The notes: generated by a model from the letters alone, not told the origin. Positions 1 to 10,309 are shown, counted from the first letter of the stretch. The stretch: DNA of 55,108 nucleotides from Nanobdellota archaeon (GCA_038046345.1 JBBSWJ010000011.1:1-55108), one strand, 5' to 3'. Translations and numbers: made by a program.

Positions 1-111
1 ATATACTGCAAATTTTGTCCCAGATTCTATACCCATCTGCTCTCTGATTTCCTGCGGTATAACAACCTGTCCTTTGGGAGATGTTGTTGTTATCTGAACT
101 TCCTTTTCCAT
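1..111 (-). CDS. AbrB/MazE/SpoVT-family DNA-binding protein (3' end runs off window)
   Basis: Not in ORF track; manual translation MEKEVQITTTSPKGQVVIPQEIREQMGIESGTKFAVY, matches AbrB consensus (KGQVVIP..IRE.LGI..G); GGTGGT SD-like motif upstream. Confidence 0.85.
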   Translation of the reverse strand, partial: MEKEVQITTTSPKGQVVIPQEIREQMGIESGTKFAVY

Positions 112-462
112 AGCATACCACCAAGTAAAATTATTTTACTTTTGTACTTAAATACTTTTCGGTTTTAATTGAGCCTACCACCTTTTTTACGATTACACCG
201 ACAACTTTAAGGTTTCATTTCTTGGCCCCTAAGTATTCATGGATATAAAACTGATGAGCACACTCGCTCTGTTGCACTTCGCTACGCCTTTGCAATTTTA
301 TTATTTTTATTAATCATATAAGTTATCTCTGACAACACAGATATGCATGGCTTATCTCAGCGTTCATATGACATTGTTAAGTTCTAAAGCTATTATGCCT
401 CAATGGAAGAGAATATCACAATAAACACTGGTACCGCTAACCTTATATAGTTCTGATTACTA

Positions 463-864
463 ATGGGTAGTAACATCATGGAAAAACCAAGAAAAGACGC
501 TTTAGAAGAAATTATAGGTATAACTAGCAATGATCCATCAACCAAGCTAAAAAGAATCGAAACGCTAATAGGCTGCTTTGCTTATGGGGCTGCGAATATT
601 ATATCCGCCGTAAACTTTTTACCTTCAGCTGTTGTTCATAAAATAAACGACACCAGAATAAACCAGCCACTCCTCGACGACAGAGATATTATAGCATTAG
701 AGCTTGGCACGCTGGGTGGAATAACTGTTGTGCTAGTAGAAATTGGGTTGTATTCCACTATCATTGGGGGAGGTTATCCTGAAATTTTATTAATCCCTGT
801 TTTTACCAACTTAGCATCAGCTTTTTATGAGGCTGGAAGAGCAATTTATACCTGCAATAGGTAA
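463..864 (+). CDS. Hypothetical membrane protein
   Basis: 133 aa ORF with 2-3 hydrophobic segments; no family recognised. Confidence 0.55.
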   Translation: MGSNIMEKPRKDALEEIIGITSNDPSTKLKRIETLIGCFAYGAANIISAVNFLPSAVVHKINDTRINQPLLDDRDIIALELGTLGGITVVLVEIGLYSTIIGGGYPEILLIPVFTNLASAFYEAGRAIYTCNR

Positions 865-979
865 GCTACACCAAACAAGCATAAAACTATAAATCTTGAA
901 AACAATGTTTTGTAGAGTGAGCTAATCCCCCACGATCTGTGAAGGCATATTTTAAAAATAAGCAATATATCTCATTATC

Positions 980-1276
980 ATGAGTTCAAGAAAGGGATTA
1001 TTACCCCTAGTGTCAAACACGGCCATAACTATGCTTAGGCTTGAGATGGCTGGTATTGACAATGAGACTACGTATCTTAGCTCGCTAGTTGATCGTTTAT
1101 CTGGTGATGGTATTGCAGCAAGAGGAGATAACCCGCTTGTTATGACAGTAATAGCGGGGGCTACGGAAAACAACGAGAACGTGGGAGAAGCCGGGATGAG
1201 ATTAGCTATAATTACCGCACTGACAGTGTATAGACTATTAGAAAAACAAGCAGAGTTAGATAAATATGTAAATTAA
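980..1276 (+). CDS. Hypothetical protein
   Basis: 98 aa ORF with natural composition; preferred over antisense ORF 952..1173. Confidence 0.55.
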   Translation: MSSRKGLLPLVSNTAITMLRLEMAGIDNETTYLSSLVDRLSGDGIAARGDNPLVMTVIAGATENNENVGEAGMRLAIITALTVYRLLEKQAELDKYVN

Positions 1277-1288
1277 AATACATGCTAA

Positions 1289-2110
1289 TCAAAAGTCACC
1301 AAGCACAGACTGGTTTTCTTTATTTGTAGAAAGTAAGTTATTATTAGACTCACTACCATTGAAAACAGGGCAAATAGAATGAAAAACACACCAATTACAT
1401 AATGGAGTTACACTTGGCTTAAAATTATTAGTAGACTCTATAACTTTTATTGCATCCAAAACTTCATTTCTCAAAAGTTCCAACTCTTCATCTGATCTTT
1501 CAGAGATCATCTCTTTATTAAACGCTAAAAAATGCCAAACCAGTTTAATTTTCTTTGCATCACCAAAATTCTTCTTAACCCATAAAGAATACATAGCAAG
1601 CTGCTTGTCATTATCAACAGCCTCCTGAGACTTTAACCTTGAACTAGTTTTAAAATCATGAACCTCATAATTACCGCCACCAGCATCTGCAAGGCGATCA
1701 ATACGGATATGATATTTATGCTCACCATCTAGATCTAAAAAATCCTTAGTTTCAACACCTAAAGTAGCTGTTTGATTAAAAGGCTTATTCTTTAAATAAT
1801 AACCCAAAATAAGATGCTCACCCCTTATTCTATAATCTTCCTTTGTTGCTCCATTCTTAACGATCAGAATATTATCAACCCAATGTTCATTCCATAAGCT
1901 ATTGAAAAAAACAATTAAGTCTTCGGGAGAGTTCAGTTTATTATTCATCAAATCAGCATATAATCTTTCAAGAGTTTGATGTACTAAATCACCCAAGAAA
2001 GCTTCAATAGTTGTTGGAATATCAACTTCTATCTTGTCGATGTATTGAAATTTATACTTTAAGGCACATTGCTTAAAGGTTTCAAGCCTAGAGTGAGAAT
2101 ACCAGCCCAT
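1289..2110 (-). CDS. PD-(D/E)XK nuclease, RecB/AddB/Cas4-like, with predicted 4Fe-4S staple
   Basis: SHSRLETFKQC at N-terminus, RIDRL and VHDFKT nuclease motifs, QLAMY motif, C-terminal CNWCVFHSIC. Confidence 0.85.
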   Translation of the reverse strand: MGWYSHSRLETFKQCALKYKFQYIDKIEVDIPTTIEAFLGDLVHQTLERLYADLMNNKLNSPEDLIVFFNSLWNEHWVDNILIVKNGATKEDYRIRGEHLILGYYLKNKPFNQTATLGVETKDFLDLDGEHKYHIRIDRLADAGGGNYEVHDFKTSSRLKSQEAVDNDKQLAMYSLWVKKNFGDAKKIKLVWHFLAFNKEMISERSDEELELLRNEVLDAIKVIESTNNFKPSVTPLCNWCVFHSICPVFNGSESNNNLLSTNKENQSVLGDF

Positions 2111-2155
2111 GAATGTAACATAAACTATAAACTATTAAAATATTTACCTATTAAA

Positions 2156-2659
2156 CTAGTCATGTTTAAGCTCATATAATCTCAGTTCTTCAAAAAAACA
2201 CGCTTTTCTTTTTAACAGTGTGGCATGATATCCAGAAAAATCAATATCTTTAGTCAAAGAAGAAACAACAATCAAAATTTTACCACCATCTTTTAAAAAT
2301 CTATTTGCATCTCTCAAAAACCTTGTTATTACTTCAGAACCACTTTGTCCGCCAGTTGTAACAACCTTAGACTCTTCATCTTCAGCAGGATCATTCGGCA
2401 AATAAGGCGGATTGAACAAGATCAAATCAAACTTACCATTAACATTATCAAATAGATCAGAATGGACAGCATTTAATCCAAGCTGTTTACAATGATTTAC
2501 AGCTTCTTCATTAATATCAACAGACAAAACATCTGCACCAAACTCTTTACATTTAACAGAAAGAAAACCAGACCCGCAGCCCATATCTAATATTCTACCA
2601 TTAGCGTATTCTAAAAAAGAAAGAAAGAGGAAAGAATCCTCTTCAGGTTCGTAAATCAT
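2156..2659 (-). CDS. HemK-related (release factor glutamine) methyltransferase
   Basis: YEPEEDS, LDMGCGSG SAM motif, FNPPY motif; ATG at 2659 overlaps upstream stop (TGATG). Confidence 0.85.
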   Translation of the reverse strand: MIYEPEEDSFLFLSFLEYANGRILDMGCGSGFLSVKCKEFGADVLSVDINEEAVNHCKQLGLNAVHSDLFDNVNGKFDLILFNPPYLPNDPAEDEESKVVTTGGQSGSEVITRFLRDANRFLKDGGKILIVVSSLTKDIDFSGYHATLLKRKACFFEELRLYELKHD

Positions 2660-2874
2660 CACCAATCAATAGAGTCGATGTCTGACTCTAAAGAATCAAG
2701 GTTGTCATTGGACAGCTCATCACTGGCATCCTGCAACCCAGCAATCTCACTATCTGTTATTAGCGCATCATTTGGTGCCTTACTATCTGGACCATCATCT
2801 ACTTGATTTGGTTTGCATCCTGCAATGGTCAATATCATAATTAATACTGCCATCACAAGTAGTGTTCTTTTCAT
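2659..2874 (-). CDS. Small acidic lipoprotein
   Basis: Signal peptide with lipobox-like IAGC, Asp-rich mature part. Confidence 0.7.
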   Translation of the reverse strand: MKRTLLVMAVLIMILTIAGCKPNQVDDGPDSKAPNDALITDSEIAGLQDASDELSNDNLDSLESDIDSIDW

Positions 2875-3845
2875 TGTGACTCTTCTCCTTCAATTGGTGG
2901 TTTAATACCAGAATTTGGATCACTGCCACGAAGTTTACATTCAGAAACATCAACACCAGATGAATGTATAATTCTTAGCATATCTTTCATGGTATTATGG
3001 ACAACTCTTAATTCAGAATGAGCTTCCTTAACCAAAGATTTTGCTTTATCCAGTAACTCTCTGACTTTATTAGGATCAGCTGAATCACCCAAACTTTTAA
3101 TTTCAGAAAGTACAGCATGAACTTGCTCAGACAAACTATCAGCAGAGTCTAAATGCTCACCGTAAGTATTTAGCTTTTCATCCAAAACAGAAGTGTCCAC
3201 ATTAGCTTCTGACAATGCAGATACAGCACACTCAAGTTTATCTTCAACATTCTCAAAACGATCGATTACTCCATCAAGACGACCAACAACAACACGCCAT
3301 GCATGACGCCTAGCATGATGCTTGATATCATTCCATGAATCCTTGATAGTTTTTGCAGCTTCACGCAGCTCTTCTTTTGTAGTTGCAGCTTCAACATCTA
3401 GCTTAGCAGCTTCAAGATCTGAAATAGAAGCATCAAGTTTACCAAGCATTTCGGCAGCTTCTTCTTCAGGGATATTCTCATTCTCTTCAATACGAGACTT
3501 TACCTTCTCAAGATAAGCAATAGCTTGATCAGCAGAGTTTAACAAAAATACTTTTGCATCTTCAAACGCCTGCGCCTTGACTGCATCACAATCTAGATTA
3601 TCATTTTCATCATCGCACGCTTCTTTTATAGCATCACGGGTCTCCTTAAACTTAACTAAATTTTTGTGATAATTATCTTTTGCTTCTTGAAACCGTGCCT
3701 TTGCATCTTCAAAATTATCACGGGCAATATTCATACGCCTAACATTTTTTGGTTTAACAACATTATCATCATTCTCAGCAAATGCTACGGAAATACTGCT
3801 TAACAATAATACTGTTAATACTAATAATGAAATTATTTTTTTCAT
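2871..3845 (-). CDS. Secreted alpha-helical/coiled-coil protein
   Basis: Signal peptide (MKKIISLLVL...AFA), long A/E/K/D-rich heptad-like region; 4-nt overlap with downstream lipoprotein gene. Confidence 0.75.
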   Translation of the reverse strand: MKKIISLLVLTVLLLSSISVAFAENDDNVVKPKNVRRMNIARDNFEDAKARFQEAKDNYHKNLVKFKETRDAIKEACDDENDNLDCDAVKAQAFEDAKVFLLNSADQAIAYLEKVKSRIEENENIPEEEAAEMLGKLDASISDLEAAKLDVEAATTKEELREAAKTIKDSWNDIKHHARRHAWRVVVGRLDGVIDRFENVEDKLECAVSALSEANVDTSVLDEKLNTYGEHLDSADSLSEQVHAVLSEIKSLGDSADPNKVRELLDKAKSLVKEAHSELRVVHNTMKDMLRIIHSSGVDVSECKLRGSDPNSGIKPPIEGEESQ

Positions 3846-4019
3846 AGTTTTTTACCCCCTATGGTATGAATCACAAAGTTTGCCTTGTTTATAAATAAAC
3901 TTTAACAAACAAGATAATAAAGCTTTACAACGCTTTATTAAACAAAAAAATGGCAAAAAAAAGCTTATTTAGGAGAATACCACACAATTTAAATATGAAA
4001 AAGCATAAACTCCATTAAT

Positions 4020-4664
4020 ATGAAGTATTTATCTTTACTGGCGGTGTTATTGCTAATCCCCGTTGCTCAAGCTGCGATACTGCATGGTACTGTGTATGAT
4101 CTTAGCTTAGAACCAGCTCAAAAAGCAATAGTATCAGTTGACACAATACCAAAACAACAAGTAGCAGCAATTGACGGCAGTTATACCCTAAACATACCGA
4201 AAGGAGATTATACCATACAAGCAACACAAAACGGGTATAGCACAACAGAAAAGATAACTATTGTTGATGAAAGAGAATATACCTTAGACCTATTTTTATT
4301 TGTAGACTTAAGTGATGATGAAGGTTTAACAGATGACGTTATAGACATTGACGAAGAATACCCTTATGAAGACAATAAAAATTATATGTGGTTTAGCCTG
4401 TTGATTATACCCATCTTAATTGTAATAGCATACATTAAATTTAAACCAAAGATACCACCAGAAGTAAAAGAAGCGCTAACAGATGATTTAGAAAAAGTAA
4501 TCACAATCATAAAAAAACATGGCGGTAGAACTACTCAAAAAGCAATAAGAAAAGAGTTAGGATTATCAGAAGCAAAAATAAGCTTAATAATTGCAGACCT
4601 GGAAAATCAAGGCAAAATACGCAAGTTCAAGAAAGGAAGAACTAATATTATCGTGATGGCATGA
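4020..4664 (+). CDS. Membrane-anchored winged-HTH protein with extracellular carboxypeptidase-regulatory-like domain (COG2512-like)
   Basis: Signal peptide, beta-sandwich (HGTVYD..DGSYTLNIPKGDYTI), TM segment, C-terminal wHTH (GGRTTQKAIRKELGLSEAKISLIIADLE..GKI.K.KKGR.N). Confidence 0.8.
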   Translation: MKYLSLLAVLLLIPVAQAAILHGTVYDLSLEPAQKAIVSVDTIPKQQVAAIDGSYTLNIPKGDYTIQATQNGYSTTEKITIVDEREYTLDLFLFVDLSDDEGLTDDVIDIDEEYPYEDNKNYMWFSLLIIPILIVIAYIKFKPKIPPEVKEALTDDLEKVITIIKKHGGRTTQKAIRKELGLSEAKISLIIADLENQGKIRKFKKGRTNIIVMA

Positions 4665-5562
4665 TTGCTAGTTTGATCATGAATTCATAAAACGCAGCAG
4701 CACTTGAATACCCAGAATCAATTGTTACCTCACGTGTAAGCAACGCTGCATTTAATGAACCAAATACATCTGATTCAGTGGCATCTTCAAAAGCATCTCT
4801 AGGAATACCTGTTCTTGACAAACCAACCTCTGCAACATTAAAATGAGTAGATGAATTAGCTATCCCTATCAAGTCACTTTCTTCTGCCATTCTTCTTGCT
4901 AAAATATTTGAAGGAAACATATACAAAGTATTCTGATGATTTCCTACCTCGATTATTGGACCTTCATCTTCAAACCATCTTCTACGCTGTTCAATCTCCT
5001 GTTTAGTAGGGTACCTAAAACCAATACCTCGAGCCATAATACTAGCCGGATGATCTAAGAACCAAACAGCGCCCATATCATCAGCTCTAGACATAAGCTC
5101 AGTAAGTGGGCGTTTTACATTCGGAAAACCTTGCTCATTAAAACGTGCTATAACAATGCCCTGCCCCTCTTCTGAATAAACCTCAACAGATCTTAAGAGA
5201 TAAAAAGATGGTTCTTTTTCTACCCTTACTACATTATCTCCTAAAACCGTATGCTCAATACCTTCTTGATTTAATTTTTCAATAGCCACTTTTAAGGTCA
5301 AATGATCTTGATCTCCAACTCTCTCAGTGATACTTAAAATATCAACACGCTTAGAAGCTGTATCTACAATATCTCTAATTGATGAAGATTTATGAAAATG
5401 AGCATGCAAATCCATATACACTTTACTATCATCCTTTGGTAACTCCTTTGCACCAAAGACTAAATCATGTAGAAAATGCGGCAACTCTCTTAATACATCA
5501 ACCTTAAGCGAGTACCTAACTCCTAATGTTGCTAACAAATAAAGCTCTTTTGCTAATGTCAT
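4648..5562 (-). CDS. PHP-family phosphoesterase-like protein
   Basis: DLHAH, ITE, EV, DHP, EVGN and NSSTH motifs in PHP order; last motif lacks the usual Asp (SDAH). Confidence 0.6.
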   Translation of the reverse strand: MTLAKELYLLATLGVRYSLKVDVLRELPHFLHDLVFGAKELPKDDSKVYMDLHAHFHKSSSIRDIVDTASKRVDILSITERVGDQDHLTLKVAIEKLNQEGIEHTVLGDNVVRVEKEPSFYLLRSVEVYSEEGQGIVIARFNEQGFPNVKRPLTELMSRADDMGAVWFLDHPASIMARGIGFRYPTKQEIEQRRRWFEDEGPIIEVGNHQNTLYMFPSNILARRMAEESDLIGIANSSTHFNVAEVGLSRTGIPRDAFEDATESDVFGSLNAALLTREVTIDSGYSSAAAFYEFMIKLAIMPSR

Positions 5563-5596
5563 GCTTAAAGCATAAGAGCAAATGTTATAAAACTTA

Positions 5597-6208
5597 CTAG
5601 ATAGTTCTTATTTTGTCTAACAAGCTATTCCACTCTGCTCTTTTAGTATGAGTCTTTCCAAACCTAACACAAACAGGATTCAGCTCTTTCCAATACCTTT
5701 TTGGGAATAAACTTAGTAAATCCTTTTCAATCTTATGCGGAGATTTATTATTAGTCCAACCTAGCTTAATTGATATTTGGGCAAGATGGGTATCCACCCC
5801 AATAGTATTGTACCCTAATTCGGACAGAAACACATTAGCAGTCTTCCTACCAACTCCAGGAAGGGTAATAAGTTCTTCAACAGTATGCGGGGCCTCTTTA
5901 TTAAAACGATTAACAATTAGCTTAGCACATTCAGAAACATTTTTAGCTTTAGTCTTATAAAAATTAACTGAATGAATAATCTTTCGCAAATCAGCAATAT
6001 TAGCATTTGCAAGCATTTCAATATTTGAATATCTCTTAAACAAACTTTCTGCAACAGGTATTGTTATCTCATCTCTAGTCCTAGCAGAAAGTAAAGTAGA
6101 GATTAAGATCTGCCATTCCTTCTTCCAAGACTCAGCAGCCAAACGCATTGGAGCATGTTCCAACTTTTTTATTGCAACAAACTGTTTAATGGCAATCCTT
6201 CTGTTCAT
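5597..6208 (-). CDS. nth: Endonuclease III (HhH-GPD glycosylase/AP lyase) without C-terminal Fe-S motif
   Basis: LLSARTRDE, HhH LPGVGRKTANV with catalytic Lys, GVDTH with catalytic Asp; no four-Cys cluster. Confidence 0.9.
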   Translation of the reverse strand: MNRRIAIKQFVAIKKLEHAPMRLAAESWKKEWQILISTLLSARTRDEITIPVAESLFKRYSNIEMLANANIADLRKIIHSVNFYKTKAKNVSECAKLIVNRFNKEAPHTVEELITLPGVGRKTANVFLSELGYNTIGVDTHLAQISIKLGWTNNKSPHKIEKDLLSLFPKRYWKELNPVCVRFGKTHTKRAEWNSLLDKIRTI

Positions 6209-6230
6209 AACAAACTGTAATTATTATTAA

Positions 6231-6683
6231 CTAATTAAGTTTACTAAAATACTCACGAACACGCTCAAGAATGTTAGCAATAAGAAACTGCTCTATGCGC
6301 TCGTGGTATAACACGGAAAGCTGCTCAAACTCAGTAATGCGATACTTATTTATAACTGATTCAACAATAAACAAATCTTTTAATCTTCTAATCTGCCTCC
6401 TTATGTTTGACGGAGCAATACCTAACTGGGGCAAGCCTAAAGAATCACGATTTTTAATAACAAGCTGCTGGACTTCATCACAGGCTAATAATTGTTTTTT
6501 AGATGATGCATGATGCAGAACCTGCAAAACATCAACTATAACATCCCTAGAATCCCCCGGTTGTAACAGCCCTATGGATAAGCATAACTTTTTATACAAC
6601 TCACGCCCAGAAACCTCAAAAGGTTTTTCGTAACGACGCAGAGTAATTTCTGTTAAAGGTGTATCCCTTGCTACAAGAGGCAT
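6231..6683 (-). CDS. Conserved archaeal hypothetical protein, probable winged-HTH
   Basis: SIGLLQPGDSRD and NIRRQIRRLK..F.VE segments resemble an archaeal wHTH family. Confidence 0.6.
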   Translation of the reverse strand: MPLVARDTPLTEITLRRYEKPFEVSGRELYKKLCLSIGLLQPGDSRDVIVDVLQVLHHASSKKQLLACDEVQQLVIKNRDSLGLPQLGIAPSNIRRQIRRLKDLFIVESVINKYRITEFEQLSVLYHERIEQFLIANILERVREYFSKLN

Positions 6684-6750
6684 TATTTAATTATAACAAC
6701 GATTATTAATAAAGTTTTGGATGTTGCTATAAACAAAATAACCTACGACA

Positions 6751-7221
6751 CTATCTACGTAATCTAGGGATCCAACGCGGAGTTTTTTTCTTATAGTCCA
6801 AGTATTCTTTACCGAAACGCTTCTCCATACCTTTCTCTTCGCTTAGTCTAAAATATAAATCATTAAACAAAAAGAAAGCTATTGTGTATACGCCTAACGC
6901 AATAGACTTAAACCATAATGTTTCACCTACCAAAATAAAAAACACACCAGATATCATTGGGTTACGGGTATACTTGTAAGGGCCAACAATTACCAACTTT
7001 TTTGTTGGATCCCATGGTGCAAGAGTACCTTTGCCAATGCGGATAAATAACTTGATAGTTAAAACGACCAACAAACTACCACTGAATAAAAATATATTAC
7101 CAGCAAACTTAAAGATATCAAACTTAGGCATTAATGGTGGAAAAAGGTATAACAGAACCCATGGTATAATAATCACAGCTGTTAAAGGTAATAATAACGC
7201 CCTAAATTGTTTAAGCAACAT
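6751..7221 (-). CDS. Isoprenylcysteine carboxyl methyltransferase/PEMT-family membrane methyltransferase
   Basis: GKGTLAPWDP, LV..GPYKYTRNPM, EE..ME.RFG.EY..YK...PRW; alternative start 7251. Confidence 0.85.
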   Translation of the reverse strand: MLLKQFRALLLPLTAVIIIPWVLLYLFPPLMPKFDIFKFAGNIFLFSGSLLVVLTIKLFIRIGKGTLAPWDPTKKLVIVGPYKYTRNPMISGVFFILVGETLWFKSIALGVYTIAFFLFNDLYFRLSEEKGMEKRFGKEYLDYKKKTPRWIPRLRR

Positions 7222-7295
7222 TGTAAAACAGTTAACCTCAATGCATAACATATGAAAGAAAAATCTTTTAAAGCTTTTGAGTGATAAATAAGATC

Positions 7296-7817
7296 ATGGT
7301 AGAAACACTTGAAAAGCAACCATGCCCATTCTGTGCTAAAAATACCTTAACTCTTACAGAAGACTTGATGGACATTCCGTACTTTGGTAAAACATACATC
7401 CTGTCAATGAATTGCAACAATTGCAAATACTCAAAATCTGATGTTGAATCTCAAGAAAGAAAAGAACCAAAAAGATATACCTTTGAAATAAGCAAAAGTG
7501 AAGATCTAAATGTGCGAGTTGTAAAAAGCTCAGAAGCAAGAGTAAAAATACCAACATTAAAAATGGATATGCGACCAGGACCTGCTAGTGAAGGATTTGT
7601 TACAAACATAGAGGGATTATTAACCAGATTCAAAAAGATAATCGAAGACGAAAGAGACAACGCCGACGATGATCAAATAAAAAAAACAGCAAAAAATTTA
7701 CTAAAGAAAATTTGGAAGATAGAAATAGGAGATGTACCAGCAAAAATAATTATTGAAGATCCAAGCGGGAATTCAGCGATAATATCAGAGAAAGTTGAAG
7801 TTGAAAAATTAAAATGA
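7296..7817 (+). CDS. ZPR1 zinc finger protein
   Basis: CPFC..IPYFG..CNNC, GFVTNIEGLL, IEDPSGNS; ATG 7296 preferred over 7281. Confidence 0.92.
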   Translation: MVETLEKQPCPFCAKNTLTLTEDLMDIPYFGKTYILSMNCNNCKYSKSDVESQERKEPKRYTFEISKSEDLNVRVVKSSEARVKIPTLKMDMRPGPASEGFVTNIEGLLTRFKKIIEDERDNADDDQIKKTAKNLLKKIWKIEIGDVPAKIIIEDPSGNSAIISEKVEVEKLK

Positions 7818-8470
7818 AACTATTTTTTATCAATGCATACTCCAAGAAAGATGTATTACCATTAGTTAAGAAGATCAAGATCAGTGAAAGATTGGGATTA
7901 TTAACAACAGCACAATACATTAACCAATTAGATGCAATACACAAAGCAATACCAAGATCGGTTATTGGCGGACAAGTAATAGGGTGCGAGGCACATAATG
8001 CTTTGAAAATAAAGGACCAAGTTGACAGCTTTTTATATATCGGCACCGGAAAATTTCATCCAATTGAGATAGCACTCACAACACAGAAGGAAGTATACTT
8101 ATTAAACCCAGAATCAGAAACATTCAGTAAACTTAAAAAAACTGAAATAAAAGATTATGAAAAAAGAAAAATTGGACTAAAGGCTAGATTCTTATCCGCA
8201 GAAAAAATTGGGATACTAATAACAACAAAACCAGGACAATATCATCCAAAACAATACCTTGATTTACAACAGAAAATTGATACTATAAAAAAAGTAAAGG
8301 CATTAAAAAATAAAGAGCTGCACTTATTCTTATTTAATAAGCTAGACCCAACAGAACTAGAAAATTACCCCGATATAGACTGCTGGGTGAATACAGCATG
8401 TCCAAGACTAAAAGATGATTTTTTAGATAAAGCAGTAATTAATCTATCTGAGATTAATACACTAAAATAG
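7814..8470 (+). CDS. dph2: Diphthamide synthesis protein Dph2
   Basis: GQVIGC, GTGKFHP, TTKPGQ, VNTACPR motifs. Confidence 0.9.
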   Translation: MKLFFINAYSKKDVLPLVKKIKISERLGLLTTAQYINQLDAIHKAIPRSVIGGQVIGCEAHNALKIKDQVDSFLYIGTGKFHPIEIALTTQKEVYLLNPESETFSKLKKTEIKDYEKRKIGLKARFLSAEKIGILITTKPGQYHPKQYLDLQQKIDTIKKVKALKNKELHLFLFNKLDPTELENYPDIDCWVNTACPRLKDDFLDKAVINLSEINTLK

Positions 8471-8512
8471 TACAAAACCTTTAAATAACAACAATACCCC
8501 CTGTGTTGGATA

Positions 8513-10015
8513 ATGACACAATCAGAAGTATTGAAGGAATTTACAAGCTGGTTACAGGAAAAAGGGTTTATATGGGGCCCAGAACCTGAAATTTATGGGG
8601 GTGTATCTGGAACATACACTTATGGCCCAATGGGCAAATTACTAAAAAATAAGATAGAAAATAGCGTAAGAAGAGTTTTTACAAGCAATGGCTTTTGGGA
8701 GATAGAAGGACCAACTGTGCTACCAGATATCGTATGGCAAGCATCAGGACACTTAGACACATTCAAAGATCCAATAGTAACATGCAGCAAGTGCAACGCA
8801 ATATACAGAGCAGACAAAATAATTGAAGAAACACATGACATAACCGCTTCTAATTTGTCCGATGATGAAATGCTTGAATTCATAACACAAAAAAAAATAA
8901 ACTGTCCAAAGTGTAAGTCAGCTTTTAATCAAAAAATAGAACGAAAAAGCCTAATGATGAAAACAAAAATAGGAAACCAAGATGCAGCATTAAGACCGGA
9001 AACTGCAACAGTAACATACCTGCCATTCAAAAGATTTTACACATTTTTTAGAAAAAAACTGCCAATAGGAGTATTTCAGATAGGAAAAGCTTACCGAAAC
9101 GAAATAAGCCCAAGACAACATGTAATACGCGGCAGAGAATTCACACAAGCTGAAGGTCAACTGTTTGTAGATCCTGAACAAAAAAAAACATGGGAGAAGT
9201 ACAAAAGTATATCCAAAGAAAAATTACCTTTATGGTCACGGAACGATCAAGAAAAACATAAACAAGTAAAATCAATAAAAATTGCAGACGCTATCAAAAA
9301 AAAATATTTACAAGGTGAAACATATGCATGGTGTATATGGTTAGCATACTCACAGTTCAGAGAGATGGGTATACCAGAAGATTGCATACGCATAAGAGAG
9401 CATCACCCAGATGAAAAAGCATTCTATGCAGCAGAAGCATGGGACATAGAAGTTAAACTAAACACTTATGGGTGGATTGAAATGTGCGGCATACATGACA
9501 GAACAGATTATGATCTAAAACAGCATGAGAAGTTCAGTAAAACCTCACTAGACGCTATGAGAGAAGACGGAACAAAAATAAAACCCCATGTCTTAGAAAT
9601 AGCATTCGGAACAGACAGACCAACACTAGCCATACTTGATATATTTTATGAAAAAAAAGAAAAAGAGGAAGGAAAAACCATATTTAGAGTACCTTATCAT
9701 ATCGCACCAGTTGATGTTGTAATATTACCATTAGTAAAAAAAGAAGAACTAACAGACACAGCTAAAAAGATAAGAAAACAATTAGAAAAAGAGTTCATAG
9801 TAGAATATGATGAAACTGGAAGCATTGGAAGAAGATATTTACGGGCAGCAGCAGTAGGCACACCTTACGCGTTAACAGTAGACTACGATGGTATCACATT
9901 AAGAGACAGAGACACTGAAAAACAAGTTAGAATAAAAGAAGATGGGATAAATGAAACTTTAAGAAACCTGTTTGACGGTGATGCAACCCTTAAGAGCATT
10001 GGAAAAGAATTATGA
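8513..10015 (+). CDS. glyS: Glycyl-tRNA synthetase (alpha2 type)
   Basis: EIYGG, WQASGH, LRPETA, IGKAYRNEISPRQ..IRGREFTQAE, GSIGRRY anticodon-binding domain. Confidence 0.97.
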   Translation: MTQSEVLKEFTSWLQEKGFIWGPEPEIYGGVSGTYTYGPMGKLLKNKIENSVRRVFTSNGFWEIEGPTVLPDIVWQASGHLDTFKDPIVTCSKCNAIYRADKIIEETHDITASNLSDDEMLEFITQKKINCPKCKSAFNQKIERKSLMMKTKIGNQDAALRPETATVTYLPFKRFYTFFRKKLPIGVFQIGKAYRNEISPRQHVIRGREFTQAEGQLFVDPEQKKTWEKYKSISKEKLPLWSRNDQEKHKQVKSIKIADAIKKKYLQGETYAWCIWLAYSQFREMGIPEDCIRIREHHPDEKAFYAAEAWDIEVKLNTYGWIEMCGIHDRTDYDLKQHEKFSKTSLDAMREDGTKIKPHVLEIAFGTDRPTLAILDIFYEKKEKEEGKTIFRVPYHIAPVDVVILPLVKKEELTDTAKKIRKQLEKEFIVEYDETGSIGRRYLRAAAVGTPYALTVDYDGITLRDRDTEKQVRIKEDGINETLRNLFDGDATLKSIGKEL

Positions 10016-10309
10016 TTCTTCTTTAGAAGGTTTAGCAATCATAATCAAAACAACAACAGCAACAACGGTAACAACCAATGCAACACCTAGCTTGTACAGA
10101 TAAACATTATTTATGTTAATTTCAGCAACAAGGAAATCATCAACAAATGATTGAATAGCATCACGCCAGAACAAACCTATTATCAAAGAAAGTGAAGTGG
10201 TAATGGCAAGTATTGTATGTTTACTAAACTCTCTTTTAAAATAAGATGCATGCTTTTTACTAATGTTCGCACCGTCTCTTAACTTATCTCTTGCTTTTTG
10301 AACAAACAT
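10010..10309 (-). CDS. Small membrane protein (DUF5654-like)
   Basis: Two TM helices with AITTSLSLIIGLFWRDAIQ pattern. Confidence 0.65.
   Translation of the reverse strand: MFVQKARDKLRDGANISKKHASYFKREFSKHTILAITTSLSLIIGLFWRDAIQSFVDDFLVAEININNVYLYKLGVALVVTVVAVVVLIMIAKPSKEES

Noticed and set aside
112-462. Possible decayed gene (e.g. a toxin partner of the AbrB gene) or REP-like element
   Set aside because: Only stop-interrupted fragments with no convincing motif.
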